Assembly (NCBI GenBank): GCA_964035545.1 | Contig: OZ037770.1 | Location: 13,816,642 to 13,880,641 of the forward strand | DNA from: Bugula neritina | Taxonomy: Eukaryota; Animalia; Bryozoa | DNA length: 64,000 nt | Reading direction: 5' to 3' | In this document: positions 36,242 to 64,000 of the stretch, piece by piece | Layout: each line of letters opens with the position of its first letter | Numbering within the stretch: position 1 is the stretch's first letter | Translations under genes and position numbers: made by a program | Notes under the pieces: generated by a model | Database searches by the model: none | What the model was told of the DNA's origin: nothing | The model's input: the letters and a program-made list of their open reading frames with translations, nothing else

Positions 36242-39200
36242 ATGGCACTTCTATCATTATCAGACCTAGTCTATCTATTTCTTACGTAAGTTTATAACGT
36301 ATTTTTAAAATTTTTATGAATCTATTGATGCATCTGCAATTAGTTTTACAAGTTGATTGCACACAAATTGATTGCACATTTATTTGGTTACATATGTCAT
36401 AATATATTTATCTATGCTAACACGTTCGTTCATTTTTGTGTATATAGTCAACTTGCAAAGTACGCCACTTGATTTTGTAACTATTTGATTATAATAAACA
36501 CAATTTTAACCTCACATATTTCTTATTGAGAAATATGCATATAATTTGATATTTGTCTATTGTAAGGCTTTAAAAATTATTTGCATTTTTTGGTAATCAA
36601 ATCCTTGGTTTTAAGCAAATACATTATTTGTTACTTTTTTCAATTTTTTTAAAATCCTAACTTTTCTTGAAAGTTAGTTTGCTATTTTATATAGCAGATT
36701 TATTTTTTGAGCTCACATAAAAATTATTTATTATAAACAAAAGGAAACCAAATTTGTTATGTGTCTGCAGCTCAAATAGCAACTTAGATTGAGTTGAAAA
36801 TAATTAAAATATTATATATTATAATGCAATTAACTTACAAGAATTAAAGACATTACAACCAGTATGAGTAACAGTTTAGTAGCATTTATTTTTAAAATTC
36901 TTTAGCTGCATATTCTACGTATTGCAATATAAACAAATGTGAAAAAATTTTAAAAGACCTACAAAAGCATAGAAAGATACGAAAAAGTGTAATAAAGCGA
37001 GTTATTTGAACAAAATAAATATAAAATAAATGTTGTAAAACTTTAGAAACACATTGTTGGAAAACTGTGCACTTCTTAACTGCCATGCACTAATTATATT
37101 GAGTATCACTTTTAATGCTACTCAAACATTTGTACCAATTCTCTCACACTCTAGCACTAACCTGACATGTTTTACTTTTGCAGTCTTAGTTGCATACTGG
37201 CGCAGGTTGCAGGTCAAACTGTATCATTTAAAAACATTCAGAAGGACTATCTACAAAGGCAAGAGCAACTACAGAAACTCCGAACACCAAAATATGGTTA
37301 CATACGAACTTCAGGTTAGTGATGAGAAGTTGTGACTGAAAGGAGTGATTGATCACCACCTGTTTTTCACAATATGCTAGAGAAATTTTTTTAATTTATC
37401 TAACCTCATTTTATTCGACATCCCAAAATAAACGTATAGCCCTTGAAATATAATTCTGGCTTTGACTTATTGGACATAACTGCTTAATAATCTTACAATT
37501 GAATCAATCAAAAGTATGATACAATTTCCTTGACTTCCATGAGGCCAAAACGATTAAATTTGAACTATAAGTTTTATCCAGTAATTACCCATTTTGCATG
37601 TCTAGTAAACTTCAGCCAAAATCCATCTTGCATCTTGAAACTATTAATAGTAAACAACAAAAGTTATTAAAACTATAGCTTTTATAGATGCAAACAGGAA
37701 AAGTATTTTGTTCTTTAAATAACGTAAACCATATCTGTTTGTAAATTCCAAACAACTGAATAAAATAAAAATCTACAAGACTGGCTTGACTTTATTATTT
37801 TGTGACTCATTTAAAGCTTCACAAAAAACATGAGACAAAACATTTCCTTTTCCATTTTACAACTGACACCTTTTTAAAACATAAATTTCTGTCAAATGTT
37901 TCAGCAGCTAATCAGTGATGTACACGTAGCATTATAAGTCTAGTATATTTTGGCAATTGAGATCAAATTATGAGTATGATAAATAGCTATATTTATGAAC
38001 AAGTTACAATAATTTGCATAAATTATATGATGCTTAAATATTTTCATATTTTCATCACCTCCTATAGTGTGAGAGCTCCAAAAATACTATATCATAAACA
38101 CATAAATCAAATTCATTTTTTTCTAGGTAGTGTAATATTTGGCAATGGCAATGCAAATGGAAACTGTTTTGGTGATTGCTATGGCAACGAAAATGGAAAC
38201 ACAAATGGCAACCAAAACAAAGGAAAAGGTAAGCTTGATTATCACCTAAAGAAAAATAAAGTAATGATATCAAAAGACCTTCAAAAAAAAAAAGTTTTCG
38301 TAAAAAACATAGTTTAACCTTTTAATTATCTGATGCAGCTAAACTACTATTATCATCATTTAAATAGGAAATGGAAATCATAACGGGAATTGCAATGGCA
38401 ACTGTATTGGAAACACGAACGGCAACTTTAATGGGAACTACAACCAAAATAGCAACAGTATGTATAATTTATATTTAAATGGCATTAGGGTAAATAGTAA
38501 GTATTATATAGAAAAGTAAGTAAAAATGAAGTGTTGTATAGAAAATTACATAAAAAGAAAGTTTAAGCTGTGTTCATATCTATTATATACAATATATACT
38601 AGATAAGGAATGAGTAAATCGAACTACTTGTAGTATAAAAACATATTATTTGTGTATAAAAGTAACTCAGCCACACTACTATATTACAAATATGCAGTAT
38701 ACTCATAAACTTAATGCAACTTATTAGTAGATACCTAACGAATGCAATAAATGCAAAAATAATTATTGCTGCATATTGTTTGTATCAAGCATTGCATGCA
38801 CAATGCACTTTATTTTGTATATATAAAACAGCATATAGGTTGTTTAATAATTTTTGTATTATTTAAACATGCTTTTCAGACAATGGGAATCATAATGGAA
38901 ACTGCTTTGGTAACTGCTATCATAATCGAATGGGAAATGATAATGGAAATGGAAATATTGGAACAAGTGGTGAGTTGACAGCTATTTGATAGCGATTGAA
39001 ATTGTTTAAATAATCTATTTGATTTCCTAAAAAGTTTGCAGGGTTTAAATCGCTGTAGATGTTGAGTCCAGATAAGTACCAGATAAATGACATTTTATTG
39101 CTTCATGTACCATGCTCCATATTAAATTATCCGTTCGTTACCAATTACTCTAGATTTGAAAAAATATGCATACCATGCTATAGGCCATATTCAAATATAT

Positions 39201-40234
39201 AGAAAATTCGTTGATTCAGTATATTTTTATGTAATATGTAATTATCATTTAATATCTTTAAAAGATACCATTATAGCAAAAATATCTCCTAATAATTGCA
39301 GTTCTAAAAAGTCCTCCTTTTTTTTAGGTAATGGGAACCACATTGGTAACTGTAGAGGAAACTGCTTTCATTACAAGTATGGAAACAACAATGGCAACAA
39401 TAACCAAGGTACGTGAGGGGATAATAAAACATTACAGACACTAAGAATATTTGTAACAAGACATAACAAAGTTATGCAAACGAGAAGTAAATGTGTTGCT
39501 TTTACAGATGGGAGTTATCATCTACCTGTTTATGATAAGAACAGCTTAGCAAGAAGGACTTCCTGTATTGGGAATTGTTTCCCCAGACATCAGCCAAGAA
39601 AGTTATACCATGTAGCTCTTAGTCGAACTGAGATTGTACAGAGTCAACTGACCTGTGAAAGTGAAGATGGTACGACTGTTATTGGCTATAGATTATTGAT
39701 TATTGATCAGTCTAATATGTTATCTGGAATATGTTCATATTTTAGGTTGCTTAGAGATTGTATAACACAATATATATACCATTGTATATTATAATGCAAA
39801 ATAATGCAATATGTAGTATAGTGGAATGTAACAAAATGAAAATATGACACGATTATAATACAATATAAGGCAAATTTACACAATAAGATATGATACATTG
39901 TAATATATAACATGATATAAAATCCCATTTTTAAACAATAATATATTGTAATATAGTATAATGCCATATAAAATACATTCAAAACTCAAATTTATAACGC
40001 TATACTATAATATTAATTTTTGTTGCAGGGTACACTTATTATGTTAGACCAGGATCCTACTGTCTGGAGATTTATAGACAAAACCAAAAGTCTAAGCATA
40101 GTCCCCTATCAAAGACACAATGCTCTAGTGGAGAAGCGTTTGACCTTGACATATGCACCTGCAACCACTGGTGGTTTGTCAACGTTTACAAGACCTGTAG
40201 CAACATCCTCGATAACCAGAAGTCAAAGAATTAG
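36242..40234 (+). CDS. Paralog D: secreted Gly/Asn/Cys-repeat CBM14-like protein, 8 exons, ~301 aa
   Basis: Exons 36242-36285, 37184-37314, 38127-38228, 38368-38457, 38880-38969, 39328-39408, 39508-39669, 40029-40234 total 906 nt: MALLSLSDLVYLFLTLSCILAQVAGQTVSFKNIQKDYLQRQEQLQKLRTPKYGYIRTS-GSVIFGNGNANGNCFGDCYGNENGNTNGNQNKGK-GNGNHNGNCNGNCIGNTNGNFNGNYNQNSN-NNGNHNGNCFGNCYHNRMGNDNGNGNIGTS-GNGNHIGNCRGNCFHYKYGNNNGNNNQ-DGSYHLPVYDKNSLARRTSCIGNCFPRHQPRKLYHVALSRTEIVQSQLTCESED-GYTYYVRPGSYCLEIYRQNQKSKHSPLSKTQCSSGEAFDLDICTCNHWWFVNVYKTCSNILDNQKSKN*. AATAAA at 40301. Confidence 0.88.
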
Positions 40235-41955
40235 ATTTATTTGTCATAGCGATTGATTCGTATTTATACAGTGCAGCTGCTTTAATTTTGTTAGTCTGAT
40301 AATAAATGTTATTTTATTCATACTGGCAAGGTTGGGGTCAATTACATATTAATGTAATTAATTACGGTTACAAGATAATGTAATTAATTAATTAATTAAT
40401 TACATTACCTGTAGGCTGTAATTAATTACAATTGGAATTACTGTTGTTCTCTCAACTGACAAATACAAGTTATAGAATCTCACTTTTGGGGTTTAATTAC
40501 CTGGAGAAATTACCTTAACCCTGATTCCTATAGTCATGCAGGTGTAGATTGCACTGCTGTATTAGACTGAAATCATTTTCCTGGTACTAAACATTTATAT
40601 GTGAAAAGAGTGCGGCTATATATGACATTATATGTTAACATATAATTGGGTAGCTTGAAATTCTCAAAGACATAAGGTTATATAACTTCATCTTATGTTG
40701 TTTAATAAACAAATTTTATGAGTTTATATACCAGACAAAATAATATAATTTAGTAGTATGATTTCAAAGCATATTTTAAAACATGTTTATAGCTGTTTAA
40801 ACTTGGAAAATTTCAAACTTTCCCATTGTAATACATGTTTCATTTTTCTTCACTATTTAAAATATAGAAGTTTAATAACTTGTTTTCACTTTTTCTGTTT
40901 GACCTTTGCATAATTAATCTTTATTTTGTCAATTTTTTCATCAACCAAAATTTTTAAATTATTAAAGTATTTACAGTGCGTATTCTAATTTAAAGCTACT
41001 CTGCTTTTTTGAAGGGCATAAGTTGAATTAAAATGATGTGATCACTTCCTATTAATAGTAATTCTTGCCTAACCTTAAAACATGTACTAAAATAAGAGCA
41101 ATATCGCATAAATATTATTATGGCAGCAAAATGCTGAGGTTTTGCTTGTTGCCAGCTATTGGGACGGCAACAGTTCACGAAATCTCAATGTAGTAATCTT
41201 CAATCCAAAGAGATACATTATTATAGGTTTGGACTCAGAGTCTAGAAGGTGTTTGTACTGTGGAATTCAACAGTACAGACTTGCAATTAAAATTTTTGGC
41301 TGTAAAGTGAAAGGACAAAATTAACCATTTATTTATATGATCAAATCTAAATTACTGAAAACACTTATAATGCAAAGGGTTAATAAACAGTTATGTAATA
41401 ACGGTATCGTGAACTTTGATAAACTATAGCATTTCTTGACATTATTTTGGTCCGTAAAAAAAACTATTTTCTAGAAAAATCTTTTTAACACAATTATAGT
41501 TACTTTTTTCTGCTATCAATGGTTAGTAAACGCATTCAAGCTGAAATTTATTGACAATAACCGTTATTAGGTAACATTTCGCGTGCACTTTAATATAAGC
41601 GCTAGTCTAAATATGGAGTTGTCTTCTTTAACAATAGTTTTATTGTTACCGTAAAATGTTAGCCAAAAATCTAACTGAAAATAAAAAAAATAAAAGTTTT
41701 AAAGACCCGCCCGAAAAAGTTAACAAAAACCTGCGTGTGAAGTTTTTTTAGAGCTATAAAATAGACTTTATTAAACTCATTCATAGAAAGCTTCTCGAAA
41801 GGTGGTATTGGACAAAGGGTTAAACGACACGCTGATATTGGAAAAAAGGAAAAGGCAATAACCCGCGGAAACGCCAGGAGTTGGTTTTTCAGTGTCGGTG
41901 ATCAATTTAAGCTTTCTTCCACTCAGACTTAGTGGAATACTGAAACAAGTTCACC

Positions 41956-57093
<15,138 letters not shown>

Positions 57094-58239
57094 ACTGAGT
57101 GATGACTTTTTGTATATAGTGTTTTTCGTATAGACTGGGAATTCATCGCTTGTAGGTGTTTGATGAGTCAGTATTATTTCTTATGTAAATTAGATGGTGT
57201 TGGTGTATTCCTGGTACTATCTATGATATTTCTTATTTTATGTATATTCTGTATCATATGGACTTACTAATATAAACAATTTTATCAAATTTTCTACTAG
57301 TTCTTATTTCCAAAATTATTTACATTTATGCAAACCCTGCTCTATAACATGAAACAAGCAGCTGAAAATCATAGTATTTTGCAAAATCAGATTACGAAAA
57401 AATCGTTAGTCTTGAGCCAGAGTTACCATATAAATTTATAATTGATTCACTTTTGGACTTTTATATGCAACATGATAAATTTAGGCTGAATATTTTTCTT
57501 ATTTAAATTTATGTCTGTCATCTTTGAGTACACTTAGGACACGTGATACTCTTAAACTGTAGAAATTACACACAGGCTGACTTCTTCAGTTTTCTTGAAT
57601 TTTGTGACACTGTTAAATATGAATTGGTAAAAGCTATGCTGCATTTGAGACCAGCAAGCCATATATTATATTCTATCTACTGGACAAATCCATGTCTCCA
57701 AGAGAGTTAAAAGTTGAAAAAATCTTGGCTTTAGCAACTTTATTTTGGTCATCTTAGACTAACACTTGAATATCCAAAAGCAAAACAATAAATCTCCACA
57801 AAAATGACATTTGTACAGGTCAATGTGCACTGAATCATTCTATACACAGTGACTTTTTTGTTTTGGGAGTTGTCAGCTCTTCTATATGCACACTGTAATG
57901 GACAACTTTGCGAAGTTACCAATGACAACAATACTTGTATATCATCGTAATCACTGAGCTGAAATATGATAATTATTGAGTTCATTGATCGTAATTGTAA
58001 TTTTCCACAGTAGACTACCATATAGCTTGTTCTCCCCCCCCCCCCCCGTCTCAAAACTAGCGTACCCATTAGGAATAGTTTTGCAATAAAAATTATAATT
58101 AGGGCAAGCCCAATGGTTTCTTTGGAAAATGTTTCAATAATGTTATTGAGATATTGATTGGATTTGATGCACTCACGCTATTATATATTTATGTTGATTT
58201 TTGTTGAGTGAGAATCATAGGCCGTTGTATTTTCTTGTA

Positions 58240-58800
58240 ATGTAATTTATAATGATAATATTAATTGGTATGACAAAAATATAATAAAATTGAACAATCA
58301 TTAAATTAAAAAATTAAATTTTAAGATTAAATTTAATTTTAATAATAATTATAAATATTAAATTTAATATAATAATAATAAGCGTCATAATCATAATAAT
58401 ATTGAGTAATTTATAGTAATGATAATACTAATACTAATAGTCATTATAATCAATATCATCATTATGATTATGATAATCATAATGATAATCATAATCATAA
58501 TGCTTACTAAAAGTAAAACTAATGCTAATACTAATAGTAATAGTAAAACTAATAGTAATAGTAGTACTAATACTAATAGTAATAGTAATAGTAATACTAA
58601 TAGTAATAGTTATAGTAATGGCAATAGTATTACTATTAGTATTACTATTATACTTACTCTTAGTAATATCATTTTGATATTATTATTATTATAATTATTT
58701 ATGTTTAATTTTTATGGATCGTGAATATCAGTATGATAAATGACAACATTAACAAGTACTAATAGTAATGCTATCAATATCAGTGACAGTATCAATAACA
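58240..58800. repeat. AAT/AGT/ATC trinucleotide low-complexity tract upstream of the LRR gene
   Basis: Runs of ATAATC and AATAGT; explains the Ile/Asn/Ser ORF 58419-58694. Confidence 0.8.
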
Positions 58801-59365
58801 CTATGATTATCATTATGAGTCTCAGAGTCAGTGTATGAGACCTAGTTACAGTAACAGCTTGAATTACTATAAATATAGTTATAATTTAATTTTATCATTT
58901 AAAACTAAAAGTAACAGTAACCATAACTATAAAATTAAATAGTAAGTCACTAAAACTAAATGCAATGAGTACATGACTAATAACTCATAGCCATTAGTCT
59001 TAGACTTAGTTATGACTTATGGAGTAGTGGTAGCGGTACTGAATGGTATAAATATATTGAATTTGACATTAAAAAATAAATACTGATTGTCACATTGATA
59101 TAGTCATATACTATTTAATATTATTTTATTAGTTCACCCACAAAGCCTCTAAAAAGGATTTCTGAAATTTCTTCTGATATGTGCATTATTAATGATCTTA
59201 TAATGGCTGTCACTTAACTGTATTGATGATCGCTCTCCACTTTCTTTTCAGCACTCATAAGTCAAATGGAACATATACGTTGATGGTGAAGTTAATCAAT
59301 GCGCTGTGATGATGTTTAGTATATCTGTGTTTGGACGCTGAGCTTTTTCAATAAAATCAAGGAAG

Positions 59366-62300
59366 ATGAGTTCTACTCGATCTTCCAAAAGAGCTGCTCT
59401 AAGGCGAGATCTTGGTAGGTAAACATTTAAATTCAGGTATAAGTTATTCGAGTTCCCGATCAAGACATGGCGGTGAAAAGTGAAAATAAATTGTTTGAGC
59501 CATAATCAAACATTTTTACTCTTTTCTTCTAAGAGTGATTTAAAAAGTTCTTGGGACAAATTATGGCTACTAGAACAATAAAATACAAAAACCTTAAAAC
59601 AACTTGTATTGTTATAAAACCTATAGTCTGTATGTTTGTAGAGTTGTTTGAGGTTTGGTTCAAGCACACTGGCATGCATAATGCTGGCGATGAACTTCTC
59701 ATAAACAACAGTACGAGGCTTTACAGCATTGGCCAGATTCAGTCTGCTGTCGGGTGTCATACTCTAACCCACATCTTCCTTAGCAGAGAAATGCTTCCTA
59801 AAATTGATGAACTGGCGCCACAGCTTTCCCATCTTCGCCTGTTTCTTTTTACATCCCGTCAAGTTTCTAGCTCGCATTTCAGTCGGTAGGTTTGCTGAAA
59901 TTCTGATATTGCAAAAATTGAAAGTTTAAAAAGTTAAAAATAGTTTTATTGTTCATATTCAAATTTGCAGTGTTCTTAACATTTGTGAAAAGTGAATAAG
60001 CTAATAAAATGTGCATGCAACTGTGCATTATGTGAACAAACCTCTGCAGCTTACCATTGTACTCTTTGCAAAGTGCTTTAGTATGAAATTGTTCGCAGTG
60101 GAAAAATTTATGTAAAAATTCAAACATATTTCTCTAAGGAGAATAGAAGATAATATAGAATATAAATATAAATTTAAATATAAATTATAAAATAACTATA
60201 CATGTTATATAACATGAGTATCACATGTTAAACCTGATGTTAGTTGGTGCCTTTTACTAAGCTTTATTGTTTCAATAGACCCTGTATTAATCTTTCCTAT
60301 GGTATTTTCATGTCTTACATTATAAGTAGCATGTAATTGTATTTAAATGTATTTAAATAATATTTAGCTGTAATTCTTGTAATCACTGCATATTACATTG
60401 TACTATTTAAATTATAATTTTATATTATAATATTTAAACTATAATATGCAAACTATATGTAAATATGTAAATGTAAATTATAATGTTATAATATGTAAAC
60501 TATGATATTGTATTATACCTAATATGTAAATAATGCATAATATTGTATTATGATATGTAAACTATGGTATTGTATTATTATACAGTATTAGAATATGTAA
60601 ACTATAATATTATATTTTAATATTATTTTGTAGTGTTTCTCGCCTTAAGAACCTCCAAGTCCTGCACATGTCTTGTAACAGCCTGCAGCATTCTGGTCTA
60701 CCACCGGATATGTTCTACACAATGAAGTCTCTCAGAGAGATGGATGTCTCTGCATGCAATTTGTCAACTCTACCGGAGAGGTTTGTGAGTCGACATATGC
60801 TTGTCTATTTCGTAGCACGTTGTTTACTAACCATTGTAGCCTATTGGTGTCAATGTATTGACGCTGCTGCTTAAACAACAAATGTTTTTAAATGATGTTA
60901 AAGTTTTAGTTGTAGTTTTGTGTTTTTCTTCTAATTGTTTTGATAAAACCAGTTCTTTATTCTGTTGTTACGTTATAGTAAAACTCTTTTGGCGTTACTT
61001 TATCTTTGCTAGCGTAAAACGCAAGCCTTCTAATTTTTGATGACTGATAGCTATTGTAAACTACTGCTCTCGTTGGCTCTAGATGAGGACAAAAAATTTA
61101 TCTCAGTGGTTTTTGTTTTATTTTAGTTTGTTTCATCTTGAGAGTCTTGTACGATTAAACGCTTCCTTCAACAATTTCTCGACAGCGGAGTTGCCGGATT
61201 TATTTTCTTCTTTGGTATCACTGAAGGAGTTGCTGCTTCAGTGTTGTTCCCTCAAAACATTACCTCCCAGGTGAGTAAATGTCACCTGCCATATATGTCA
61301 TCAGTATACTGTAACCTGACATCACCTGCCAAATCTCATCAGTATACTGTAACCTGACATCACCTGCCATATCTCATCAGTATACTGTAACCTGACATCA
61401 CCTGCCATATCTCATTAGTATACTGTAACCTGACATCACCTGCCATATGTCATCAGTATACTGTAACCTGACATCACCTGCCATATCTCATCAGTATACT
61501 GTAACCTGACATCACCTGCCCTATATATCATCAGTATACTGTAACCTGACATCACCTGCCATATGTCATCAGTATACTGTAACCTGACATCACCTGCCAT
61601 ATGTCATCAGTATACTGTAACCTGACATCACCTGCCATATGTCATCAGTATACTGTAACCTGACATCACCTGCCCTATATGTCATCAGTATACTGTAACC
61701 TGACATCACCTGCCATATGTCATCAGTATACTGTAACCTGACATCACCTGCCATATGTCATCAGTATACTGTAACCTGACATCACCTGCCATATATATCA
61801 TCAGTATACTGTAACCTGACATCACCTGCCATATCTCATTAGTATACTGTAACCTGACATCACCTGCCATATGTCATCAGTATACTGTAACCTGACATCA
61901 CCTGCCCTATATGTCATCAGTATACTGTAACCTGACATCACCTGCCATATGTCATCAGTATACTGTAACCTGACATCACCTGCCCTATATGTCATCAGTA
62001 TACTGTAACCTGACATCACCTGCCATATATATCATCAATATACTGTAACCTGGCATCACCTGCCATATCTCATCAGTATACTGTAACCTGACATCACCTT
62101 CCATATCTCATCAGTATACTGTAACCTGCTATTGCCTGCCATATGTCATCAGTATAATGTAATTATTATGAGCTAGTAATAACTATATTGATGAGAAATA
62201 TATGTTGGTATAATACTTGAGGTAATACAAACTGTTGTTTACAATAATAACCCAATACTTTGGTTATAATCTAATTGCTTACCATTTAAAATAACTGCCA

Positions 62301-64000
62301 TATTGCATTATCATTTTAATTGGTTCATCAGCATTGAACAGAAAAACTCATAGAAATGCAAAAATATGAAATCATAATAATTATATAATATATATAATAT
62401 TATATAAATACATTTATTTATTTAAATATTAAAAAACTCTTTCCCTGAGTATAGATTCAATAAATTTATTAATTATAACCGCTGCTCTCTCTAGTGCTGG
62501 GAAGATTCCTAACTTGGAGATGCTCATTCTTTCTGAGAACTGGCTCATGACTAAACAGCTTCTGGAAGTTGTCTGCTCTATCTCTAGCCTGAAGAGAATA
62601 TTCCTTCAAAATTGTAGACTGAAAAAGTTGCCAGTCGGGTTTGTAGCCTATCATGCGTACATGTGTGTTTTTATGAACGTGTGTGAAATATTCAATGTTA
62701 TTGCTGCATTGTGGGTTATATATTATACCTGTAGGAGTGATTCAGCTGCATAATTTCAAGGTAAGGAGTTGCCTTCTCCTCTTACTATAGCATGAGTATG
62801 TTGGAAATTGCATTGGAACTAAAGCCTATGCAGCTAGCTTGTTCTCATTTTCTGTCTTTATTCCCAGCACAGCTTAAGTTTTTATTTAGATTTGTTTGCT
62901 TTGCAATGCTTGAATTCAATTTTTATGCAATTTCTGGTTAGTAAATTCAGACATTTGAGTTTTTGGGGTAAAATTATAAACAGCAAAAGAGTGTGTTGCA
63001 CAAATCGATGGAAATTATAGCACATATGCTAAACTCACAGCATTTATGCCACTTTCAAGCTATAGCTCAAAGTTATCATTAATTACTGGTATTGGGTCAT
63101 ACTTGTTGCATCTGATTTTTGCTCAAATCGAAGCTGTGAATCGATTTCAGCGGTTGTTGTAGAAGTGTTGAGTACCTGCTGCTATCTATGACTACTGCTA
63201 GTGTTATTAAAAATGTGTTGATCTCAAAAGGATTTCATAGATTTAATGGATAAATCTGGCTATATGTTTTAAACTTGTCAATCTAAGGGTATTTTTGGTA
63301 CAAGTATGATATTGTGAGTGTGATGGGAGGATTATATTTTTGCTGATTAAGATAGCTATGCATTGGCAGCTTGCAGTCTGAGTGGTAAAAAGAAAACTGT
63401 GACACAAAACATAATGAGTACTCCACTCCAAGTTGAGCTTATTTTGAGCTGTTGTTTAAATTATTCTGTACCTGGCTTTCACTTTTAGAAGGTAGATATA
63501 TTTGTGCTAGAAGTAGCTGCCTTTCTCTGCCTGTTGTTTTATTAGAATCTATCTTCAGTTAGACTATGTATATTATAGTGTTTATGCTGTTAATATAAAT
63601 TTAGTTTTTAATTTTTCAGTTTTATTATGACATCCAAAAAATATGTGAAGCTGAAACTATTTTTGTTATTAGTAATGGTTTGCTACTTATTTATTCTAGT
63701 ACTAGCGGTTGGATAAAATCCAGGTTCTACTGTTCAGTTTCTTAAATTTTCAGGATACTCCAACACTTGACTTTTTGTGAGTTATCTGCCCCACATTCAC
63801 CGCAGTTTTTCTGGTACCAATGATTAGATAAAATCATATAATTTTTTATTTACAGCATCCAGTTTCTTGACAGATTGGAATACTTGGACATTTCTCTCAA
63901 CTCGTTTGTTGATTTTCCACCCTTTATTTGTCGTATTCCCAATTTGAAAGAGTTGAACATGTCCGATTGTATGTTTCTGAAATCATTGAATTCTGGAATA
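59366..64000 (+). CDS. Leucine-rich repeat protein (intracellular-type LRRs), 5' part; continues beyond the window end
   Basis: LRR exons 60634-60780, 61127-61270, 62495-62638 and 63856->64000 (phase 2) give LKNLQVLHMSCNSL, LREMDVSACNLSTLP, LESLVRLNASFNNF, LKELLLQCCSLKTLP, LEMLILSENWL, LKRIFLQNCRLKKLP, LEYLDISLNSF, LKELNMSDC. Putative upstream exons 59366-59414 and 59642-59885 are phase-compatible but less certain. No signal peptide. Confidence 0.8.
61282..62162. repeat. 38-41-bp minisatellite starting just after an LRR exon donor
   Basis: ATCACCTGCCATAT(G/C)TCATCAGTATACTGTAACCTGAC, about 22-23 copies. Confidence 0.95.

Noticed and set aside
11501-39669. Identity of the GN repeats with nacrein or mycobacterial PPE-MPTR repeats, or origin by horizontal transfer
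   Set aside because: No carbonic anhydrase or PPE domain, a different period (4-residue with a CxxxC pair), and spliceosomal introns throughout; the similarity is compositional only.
61282-62162. Regular ~38-bp repeats superficially like a CRISPR array
   Set aside because: No unique spacers, head-to-tail tandem units, eukaryotic intron, no cas genes.

Overview
AT-rich, intron-containing animal genomic DNA, probably an invertebrate. A lophotrochozoan-type genome is my inference and cannot be shown from the sequence. Splicing GT-AG exons by hand gives the following. (1) The 5' part of CCDC81 (minus strand, runs off the left edge) lies head-to-head with a complete RPF2 gene (4111-8014). (2) An intronless decayed fragment at ~9.5-10.0 kb resembles RIG-I-type tandem CARDs. 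(3) A ~29-kb cluster (10868-40234) holds FOUR intact paralogous genes that the ORF track largely misses because their exons are mostly <150 nt. Each encodes a secreted ~270-300 aa protein: signal peptide, then 4-5 exon-encoded Gly/Asn/Cys repeats (GNGNxNGNCxGNCxxNxxGNxNGNxN), then a linker and an atypical CBM14/peritrophin-A-like chitin-binding domain. All four have TATA+Inr promoters. This is the best candidate for an undescribed system, a chitin-anchored Asn/Gly-Cys solenoid matrix-protein family possibly acting in skeleton/cuticle formation or biomineralisation. (4) A complete 20-exon ISWI/SMARCA5-family gene (41956-57093) has introns full of minisatellites, including a ~3-kb intron made almost entirely of ~143 tandem copies of its own exon-intron junction. 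(5) The 5' part of an LRR gene is built from two-LRR phase-2 exons and runs off the right edge. Two tRNA-derived SINE-like families and an AT palindrome are also present. The long ORFs at 46.5-47.6 kb and 49.8-52.9 kb are tandem-repeat artefacts.
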